Below, piece by piece: positions 26,181 through 32,000 of a stretch of DNA of 32,000 nt; the first letter of the stretch is position 1; every line of letters starts with the position of its first letter. The notes under the pieces were generated by a model. It did not search any database. It saw nothing but the letters and a program-made list of their open reading frames with translations, and was not told where the DNA came from. The position numbers were made by a program, and so were the translations under genes. The stretch covers positions 690,001 through 722,000 of the forward strand of contig OY969931.1 in assembly GCA_963704705.1 (NCBI GenBank). The letters run 5' to 3'. The stretch comes from an uncultured bacterium (GTDB taxonomy: Bacteria > Patescibacteriota > Gracilibacteria > UBA1369 > PNNO01).

Positions 26181-27458
26181 TTAATTCGTCAAATTCAAAA
26201 TTTGCATGATGTTTTTGGCTTTATCAAAAGTTTCCTGATATTCGCTTTCTGGATCAGAATCATAAACTATCGCGCCACCAACATTAAAAGTCAGCTTATT
26301 TTTAAGAGCAATAATGGTTCGGATTACAATTGATGAATCCATTCGCATATCATTGGCAATAAATATCGATCCAGTATAAAGATTACGCGTGTAATCTTCA
26401 ATTTCATCAATAATTTCCATGCTTCTTATTTTTGGACAACCTGTGATTGAACCACCGGGAAAACAAGCACGCATAAGTGTGCCATAATTTTCTTTTGGCC
26501 TGAGTCTGCCTTCGATAATTGAGAGCATTTGCCAAACATTATTATATCCTTCTATTCTTTTATGTTCTTTTACTTTAACTGAGCCGTATTTGCAAACTTT
26601 GCCAAAGTCATTCCGCATTAAATCAACAATCATGCTTAGTTCAGCTTCGTCTTTTTTAGAGTTTTTGAGTATAATTTTTGATTTGGATCTTGGAAGGGTG
26701 CCTTTGATTGGCCTTGTTTCGAGCTTATCTTTATCCGCCAATATAAAACGTTCTGGAGAATTGCTAATTATTGTATGATCTCCAAATGGCAAATATGCTG
26801 AGAAAGGTGCAGAATTCAGTTTATAAAGTTTGTTGAATATAGCGAAAGTATCGCCTTTATATTTTATGTCGCATTTATGAGAGAGATTAACTTCATAAAC
26901 ATCTCCTTCAACAATATAATCTTTAATTTTTTCAACTTTTTTTATGTATTTAGATTTGGAATCGCACTTTAACGTACCTTCAACATTAAAATTATCAGCT
27001 TTGTAATGCGGAATTTTGAAATCTTTAAATCCTTTACCTAAATCAACCTGAATTAAATAAGTTTTATTTTTATGATGATCAAAAACAATCATATTTTGAT
27101 AAAAAACCATCTGCATAACAGGCATTTTTAAGTCATCTGGATTTGATTTTGGAAGCTTTTCAATAAAGTGTCCTGCATCATAACTAAAATAACCGATTCC
27201 TGCCCATAAATTTTTTGGATACCTTAATTTTTTTACAGAAAAATGCGTGATTAATCTTTGAAATTCATTGAATGGATCTCCTGATGGTTTATTTATATAA
27301 AACGGATCAATTCCAATAAATGAATAATGCGAATTATCTTTTTTGCCTTTGCCGGTTAATAAAGCAGTATAGGGCTGTTTTGAAAAATGCTTATAAAGTT
27401 CTATTGGTGATTTGTTCACCTTTAATTCTTTAGATATTATTTGTTTTATTTTATGCAT
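26181..27458 (-). CDS. pabB: Aminodeoxychorismate synthase component I (chorismate-binding enzyme, PabB type)
   Basis: 425 aa. Contains FPGGSITGCPKIRSMEIIDEIE and RNLYTGSIFI. The motif RPIKGT has Lys, which is characteristic of PabB, where TrpE has PIAGT. Confidence 0.75.
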   Translation of the reverse strand: MHKIKQIISKELKVNKSPIELYKHFSKQPYTALLTGKGKKDNSHYSFIGIDPFYINKPSGDPFNEFQRLITHFSVKKLRYPKNLWAGIGYFSYDAGHFIEKLPKSNPDDLKMPVMQMVFYQNMIVFDHHKNKTYLIQVDLGKGFKDFKIPHYKADNFNVEGTLKCDSKSKYIKKVEKIKDYIVEGDVYEVNLSHKCDIKYKGDTFAIFNKLYKLNSAPFSAYLPFGDHTIISNSPERFILADKDKLETRPIKGTLPRSKSKIILKNSKKDEAELSMIVDLMRNDFGKVCKYGSVKVKEHKRIEGYNNVWQMLSIIEGRLRPKENYGTLMRACFPGGSITGCPKIRSMEIIDEIEDYTRNLYTGSIFIANDMRMDSSIVIRTIIALKNKLTFNVGGAIVYDSDPESEYQETFDKAKNIMQILNLTN

Positions 27459-28011
27459 TTAAAAAATTGGTCATTATTTGATCTCCATATTCTGTCATAA
27501 AGCTTTCAGGATGAAATTGCACACCAAATACAGGATAATCTTTATGTTTAACTGCCATTGGAATTTCGTCTTTGGTCCAGGCAATCACATCAAGTTTAGG
27601 CGAAATATTGTCTATAATAAGCGAATGATAGCGTGCCACATTAATGTTTTGAGGAACATCTTTAAAAATTGATTTACCATTATGAATTAGCTCAGAAGTT
27701 TTGCCATGGAAGGGCAGGGGAGAGTGCACTGTTTCCCCTCCTAGCACTTCATTAATGCATTGCATTCCCAAACAAACTCCTAAAATTGGCTTAGATTTAA
27801 GGAATTTACGTATTAAAATATTTGAAACACCAGCATATTTTGGAGTTTTAGGTCCAGGAGAAATTATCAATCTGTCAAATTTTCCCCGGGGAATTTTTGA
27901 CAAATTCAGATTGTTGCGTATAGTAATAATTTCACATTTAACTAATGATTTAATTTGCTGAACCAAGTTGTATGTAAATGAATCAAAATTATCAATTAAT
28001 AAAATTTTCAC
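27451..28011 (-). CDS. pabA: Glutamine amidotransferase component II (PabA/TrpG type)
   Basis: 186 aa with a GTG start. Contains ILLIDNFDSFTYNL, the GVCLGMQC nucleophile elbow and FGVQFHPES. It overlaps pabB by 8 nt. Confidence 0.85.
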   Translation of the reverse strand: MKILLIDNFDSFTYNLVQQIKSLVKCEIITIRNNLNLSKIPRGKFDRLIISPGPKTPKYAGVSNILIRKFLKSKPILGVCLGMQCINEVLGGETVHSPLPFHGKTSELIHNGKSIFKDVPQNINVARYHSLIIDNISPKLDVIAWTKDEIPMAVKHKDYPVFGVQFHPESFMTEYGDQIMTNFLNA

Positions 28012-28267
28012 AAAATTTAATTAAAAGTTAAGCCACAAGAATATAACAAAGAAATATAAAAAAGTAGAGTAAAAACATGTTTAAAAATATTTATTAGACG
28101 AACAAATAGTCGACTTTTTTATAAAAACGCCTTAAATCGCAAGTTTTAAGTATTGCGCTTATGTAAGCCAATAACTCAACATGAGCGACAGGTGAATACT
28201 AGATTTTAACATAATTTGTTATAAAATCACGCTCAGAAAACACATATTTTTTATAAACACATAATAC

Positions 28268-28291
28268 TTTGCACAAGATATATTGTGCAAA
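28268..28291. repeat. Perfect 9-bp inverted repeat TTTGCACAA-N6-TTGTGCAAA
   Basis: Read directly from the sequence. It lies 41 nt downstream of the Elp3 stop and about 260 nt upstream of pabA. It could be a terminator hairpin for Elp3 (the tail is only partly U-rich) or an operator. Confidence 0.5.
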
Positions 28292-28332
28292 ATTAGATAG
28301 AGGATTAGAAACAGTCACCTGTTCTGAAAATT

Positions 28333-29901
28333 TTAAATATTTTTTACCATATAATTTTCTACCAATTCAAATCCTAGCTTTTTATAATATTCACGAACAC
28401 CAATTCCACTAATTACAGCTAATTTGCTTAAATTGTGAGATTTGGTTATCTCCCCTGCCCTCTCAATCAATTTTTTTCCATACCCTTTATGCTGCACGCC
28501 TGCAATTCTCTTCTTATCAATGGGTATCTGGATTCCATAAGTGTGAAGTTCTCTAATTATAGAAGCGTTTTTTAAATCATCGATAAATGTTCTCGAAGGT
28601 ATTCTTAAGCGTAAAAAGGCGATTAATTTATCTTTTACAGTATCTTCAAAGCTTAAAAAGTACTCGGTTCCGCCTGAAGATTCATATTTGCGTTCAATTA
28701 ATTCTACTTTTTCAGGAATTATATTTTTGATTTCACGGCATCTAATACATTTGCATTCCACACCTTGTTTAGCCATTTTCTCTTGGATAATCTGGCGCAT
28801 ATTTGAGATTTTTGATCCCCCCAAAATACTTTCCGCCGGAATATCGCGATAAAGACGTGCAACTCGCACATATTCCGGAATAATTTTTTTCATTTCAATT
28901 AACAAATCAATTATTTCATCATCAGCGTATGGCTTATGTTTACCGGCTTTAAATATTTTTTCAAGTTCTGAATAAGGCGTTACTACACATGGGTATATTT
29001 TAAGCCAATCAGGTCTGAAATCAGGATCTTCAAATAATAATTTGAACATTTCAAGATCTTTTTTAATTGAACTTCCATATAAATTCGGCATTATATGGGC
29101 ATTTATTTTGAAACCTGCATCTTTTAGGAGTTTCATTGCAACACGTACCTGGTTTACGGTATGTCCCCTTTTATTTAAGTCCAAAATTTTATCATCAAGC
29201 GTTTGGATGCCTATTTCTACTTTAGTAGCGCCAAGTTTACGCATTCTTTTAATTTCATCTTCAGTTATCCAGTCAGGTCTTGTTTCTAGAGAAAGCCCAA
29301 CACAACGATGTTTTGCTGTTTCATTTTTCTTGATAGCAATTTCTAATGAAGTTGATTTTTTATCTTCATTAAGAGCATTGTAGACTTGTTTTATGAACTG
29401 TGTTTGATAGTTTTTAGGATAATATGAAAAAGTTCCACCAGCTACAATAATTTCAATTTTATCTGTTTGATGGCCGGTTCTTTCCAACCCTTTCAGTCTG
29501 TTCTTTACCTGATTATAACCATCAAAATCATTCAAAATAGCCCTCATCATTGCTGGCTCATTAGACAAGTAGCTCTTGGGCATTTCAGGTTCAGAAGGGC
29601 AAAAAATACATTTACCAGGACATTTATAATGCTTAGTTAAAACAGTTATATTGGCTATCCCGGATTCAGTACGAACTTTACGTTTTATAATTAAATTAAA
29701 AAATTTAGCATTATCTTGAATTTTCCCTTTAGTTATAAGATCTCTATAAGTTTTAATTAAGCTCACATTCGTTGGAGAACTGGTTCCATGAATTAAACTA
29801 TAGCTATTTTTTAATGCCTGTAGACTTTTTTGATCGATAATTTTGCGATTAATTGCATCAATTATCATATCTTCCAAAATTTGTTCCTGCTTGCTATTCA
29901 T
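28333..29901 (-). CDS. elp3: Elp3-type radical-SAM / GNAT acetyltransferase (tRNA U34 carboxymethyl-uridine synthase homologue)
   Basis: 522 aa. The radical-SAM cluster motif is CPGKCIFCP. Elp3 blocks present are EIIVAGGTFS, VGLSLETRPDWI, KVEIGIQTLDDKILDLNKRGHTV and LKIYPCVV. The C-terminal GNAT region is VQHKGYGKKLIERAGEI...GVREYYKKLGFE. Confidence 0.8.
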   Translation of the reverse strand: MNSKQEQILEDMIIDAINRKIIDQKSLQALKNSYSLIHGTSSPTNVSLIKTYRDLITKGKIQDNAKFFNLIIKRKVRTESGIANITVLTKHYKCPGKCIFCPSEPEMPKSYLSNEPAMMRAILNDFDGYNQVKNRLKGLERTGHQTDKIEIIVAGGTFSYYPKNYQTQFIKQVYNALNEDKKSTSLEIAIKKNETAKHRCVGLSLETRPDWITEDEIKRMRKLGATKVEIGIQTLDDKILDLNKRGHTVNQVRVAMKLLKDAGFKINAHIMPNLYGSSIKKDLEMFKLLFEDPDFRPDWLKIYPCVVTPYSELEKIFKAGKHKPYADDEIIDLLIEMKKIIPEYVRVARLYRDIPAESILGGSKISNMRQIIQEKMAKQGVECKCIRCREIKNIIPEKVELIERKYESSGGTEYFLSFEDTVKDKLIAFLRLRIPSRTFIDDLKNASIIRELHTYGIQIPIDKKRIAGVQHKGYGKKLIERAGEITKSHNLSKLAVISGIGVREYYKKLGFELVENYMVKNI

Positions 29902-29944
29902 TTACCTTTTTAGTAAGGTTGTTAGAGGTTTAATATTCTATATT

Positions 29945-30643
29945 ATGAAAGCCAAAACTGCAAAAGAATTACTTAAAAAAGTTAAGGAGGATTATAGTAA
30001 AATAGCACCTGAATTTGATGAAACAAGAAAATTTTTATGGCCGGAATTTGAATTCTTTAAAAAACATTTAAAAAATAATCTGACAATTTTAGATTTTGGA
30101 TGTGGAAACGGAAGACTCTATGAATTATTTGAAAATATTAATTATATTGGAATTGATAATAATAAAGAGTTTATCAGCCTTGCACAAAAAAATTATCCAA
30201 GTGCAAAATTTGTACTCGGAGATTTGATTGAAATGCTTTCGCCTTATCAAGCGGATTTAATCTTTAGTATTGCAGCGTTTCATCATGTACCTTCCTTGGC
30301 ATTGCGCAAAAAAAGTATTCATACTTTAAGGCAAAATTTAATGAAAAATGGCCTCCTTATAATAACTGTTTGGAACCTTTTTCAAAAGAAATATTTTAAA
30401 TATATTCTTAAATCAATATTTAATTTTTTTATTAAATTTGGTAAATATGATTGGAACGATACGTTTATTCCATGGGGAAAATCAGGAATAAAAAGATATT
30501 ATCATGCTTTTACACCTAGTGAATTAAAAAGATTATTTCAAAAAAACGGTTTTGAAATACTGGAAATGTTCTATACTCGTAAAGGCGAAAAAGTCCCTTT
30601 TTTAAAATCTCATAATATTTGTTTAATATGCAGGAAGAAATAA
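29945..30643 (+). CDS. Class I SAM-dependent methyltransferase with Trm9/ALKBH8-MTase-like blocks
   Basis: Starts at the ATG at 29945; the track ORF extension from 29843 is antisense to the Elp3 start. Contains DYSKIAPEFDETRKFLWPEF, ILDFGCGNGRL, DLIFSIAAFHHVPS, LLIITVWNLFQ, DTFIPW and RYYHAFTPSEL. These are colinear with yeast Trm9 VYNEIAPHFSQTRYKPWP, DVGCGNGKY, FAISIAVVHHWST, YCWALEQ, DVFVPW and RYYHLYREGEL. Confidence 0.65.
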   Translation: MKAKTAKELLKKVKEDYSKIAPEFDETRKFLWPEFEFFKKHLKNNLTILDFGCGNGRLYELFENINYIGIDNNKEFISLAQKNYPSAKFVLGDLIEMLSPYQADLIFSIAAFHHVPSLALRKKSIHTLRQNLMKNGLLIITVWNLFQKKYFKYILKSIFNFFIKFGKYDWNDTFIPWGKSGIKRYYHAFTPSELKRLFQKNGFEILEMFYTRKGEKVPFLKSHNICLICRKK

Positions 30644-30648
30644 AAGTA

Positions 30649-31419
30649 ATGGATGTCCGGTTTAATAATGTATCTATGGACGAAGCATTAGACTTTATTT
30701 TCCATGCAAATAAAAAAGGTTACATTTGTACGCCCAACCCTGAAATGCTTTTAGAAACACAAAAAAATCATAAGTTTTTAAAAGTACTAAATCATTCACT
30801 TTTAAATATTCCGGATGGAATAGGTATTTTATGGGCAGCTACACAAATAATTAATAACGCATCAAAACTGATTGCATTATTAAATTTACCACTTATTGTC
30901 TTATATCCGGGTAAATTTAAAAAAGTATTAAAACAAAGAGTAACTGGAACAGATCTTTTACAAAAAATCTGTCAAAAGGCTGCAAAAAATAATACAAAAT
31001 TGTTTTTTTTAGGAGCTGCAACAGGAGTTAGTGAAAATGCAGCTCAAAAGCTTGAACATTTTTATCCGGGATTAAATATTGTAGGAACGCATGCTGGTTC
31101 ACCTTCACAATATGAACAAAAAGAAATCATTGATTTAATTAACTCTACGGATGCTGAAATACTTTTTGTTGCATATGGAGCACCAAATCAGGAAATGTGG
31201 ATTGCCGATTCAATTAATAAACTTAAAAATATAAAAATAGCTATTGGAATAGGAGGAGCTTTTGATTTTATTTCGGGTCGAAGAAAAAGAGCACCTAAAA
31301 TCATGCAAAAATTGGGACTTGAATGGTTATTCAGGTTAATTCAGGAGCCCACTCGTATAAAAAGAATCTATAATGCTACAATTAAGTTTCCTATAGAAAT
31401 TATTAAACGACTAAAGTGA
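30649..31419 (+). CDS. WecB/TagA/CpsF-family (GT26) glycosyltransferase
   Basis: Contains PDGIGILWA, VTGTDL, ILFVAYGAPNQEMWI and IGIGGAFDFISGRRKRAPKIMQKLGLEWLFRLIQEP. The ATG at 30649 is preceded by AGGAAG. In-frame alternatives are the ATG at 30628 and the TTG at 30619. Confidence 0.8.
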   Translation: MDVRFNNVSMDEALDFIFHANKKGYICTPNPEMLLETQKNHKFLKVLNHSLLNIPDGIGILWAATQIINNASKLIALLNLPLIVLYPGKFKKVLKQRVTGTDLLQKICQKAAKNNTKLFFLGAATGVSENAAQKLEHFYPGLNIVGTHAGSPSQYEQKEIIDLINSTDAEILFVAYGAPNQEMWIADSINKLKNIKIAIGIGGAFDFISGRRKRAPKIMQKLGLEWLFRLIQEPTRIKRIYNATIKFPIEIIKRLK

Positions 31420-31707
31420 TTATTTTTTCTTTGGCCTGCCTCTTTTCTTTTTAAATTCCTGCTCTCCCCTTTCCTTCAGATTTTCAATAATAGGTTTTAT
31501 ATGTTCCAAAATCGAATTCGCCATATGTAGTGGCTTGTAAATGAATTCATTTACTTTTTCAAGAGTATCTCGTGCCAAATAAGAAGCTTTACTGACATCT
31601 CTAAGGATCGTAATCAAATAAACAGTAGCGATTGCCAAAAGAATGCCGAGCAACAGGATTACCGCAGCAAGAACGATATAAAGCAAATTGAGTGGATTAT
31701 CAAACAT
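31420..31707 (-). CDS. Small single-TM protein (DUF948-like helical tail) ending in a basic GRP/AT-hook-like KKKRGRPKKK
   Basis: 95 aa. The N-terminal TM segment is LLYIVLAAVILLLGILLAIATVYLITIL. The family resemblance is weak. Confidence 0.45.
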   Translation of the reverse strand: MFDNPLNLLYIVLAAVILLLGILLAIATVYLITILRDVSKASYLARDTLEKVNEFIYKPLHMANSILEHIKPIIENLKERGEQEFKKKRGRPKKK

Positions 31708-31710
31708 AAT

Positions 31711-31782
31711 AATTAAGGTAAATTACTTAATCATTGTAATTATATTAGTTAATTAAATCAATTGAAACTCTTTACCTTAATT
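31711..31782. repeat. 12-bp perfect inverted repeat AATTAAGGTAAA ... TTTACCTTAATT separated by 48 nt
   Basis: 31711-31722 and 31771-31782, read directly. The pair spans the divergent intergenic region. The left arm belongs to an 18-nt exact repeat also present at 26147-26164. Confidence 0.6.
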
Positions 31783-31809
31783 GAATAATTGGCTCAAAAA
31801 TGCTATAAT
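31781..31809 (+). promoter_or_regulatory. Sigma-70-like promoter TTGAAT-17-TATAAT with a TGn extended -10
   Basis: ttgaat at 31781-31786, tgc at 31801-31803 and tataat at 31804-31809, 23 nt upstream of the ATG at 31832. Confidence 0.45.
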
Positions 31810-31831
31810 TAAACATAAAATAACAAAAACC

Positions 31832-32000
31832 ATGAGTGAAATATCAACATCTAATTATGATGAAGAAAATAATATGATAGTTAAATTTGAAGAATTTATT
31901 GGCGCAATAAAACCAAATATTGTTGGATTAAAAGTTCAACAAGCATTGCCAAGAATTATAGTAGGTATACGAAGTTACTTTTTATCTTTAGGTGAATCAA
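31832..32000 (+). CDS. Hypothetical protein, N-terminal fragment (runs off the window)
   Basis: My own translation is MSEISTSNYDEENNMIVKFEEFIGAIKPNIVGLKVQQALPRIIVGIRSYFLSLGES..., open to the window edge and preceded by a good promoter. Confidence 0.3.
   Translation, partial: MSEISTSNYDEENNMIVKFEEFIGAIKPNIVGLKVQQALPRIIVGIRSYFLSLGES

Noticed and set aside
29843-29944. The 34-codon N-terminal extension of the methyltransferase ORF (MRLIASIIISSK...)
   Set aside because: It is antisense to the Elp3 start region and hydrophobic nonsense. The Trm9-like homology begins right after the ATG at 29945.

Overview
This is an AT-rich (roughly one-third GC by eye), very gene-dense bacterial chromosomal segment. 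It reads cleanly with the standard code; TGA is a stop, for example at the obg/pth ATGA overlap. Most of the content is housekeeping: an rpsB-(membrane protein)-tsf-ribBA-CAP operon, der, uvrC, tRNA-Leu(CAA), obg-pth, rplU, rluD, tyrS-recG and pabA-pabB. The less ordinary content is: (1) an RsbW-like kinase, a STAS protein and a PrsW protease packed together with no sigma factor nearby; (2) a GT4 glycosyltransferase followed by an 807-aa surface protein (beta-helix, Cys-rich repeats, SLH-like modules); (3) a lone VirB2/TrbC-like pilin-type protein; (4) a two-gene cassette encoding a 111-121 aa helical protein and a 441-aa protein with a coiled coil and an amphipathic-beta C-terminal domain but no signal peptide; (5) a frameshifted AspC-like aminotransferase; (6) a divergent Elp3 (radical-SAM/GNAT) and Trm9-like methyltransferase pair, which is the eukaryote/archaeal-type wobble-U34 pathway; (7) a promoter-hairpin-terminator unit of about 100 nt upstream of tyrS. 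I found no CRISPR array, rRNA, transposase, integrase or obvious prophage. The compact overlapping genes, near absence of Shine-Dalgarno cores and the gene repertoire resemble a reduced CPR/Patescibacteria-type genome, but that placement is inference only. My best candidates for something new are the Elp3/Trm9 pair, the coiled-coil/beta cassette and the partner-switch/PrsW module. All three rest on motif recognition by eye and need HMM and structure checks.
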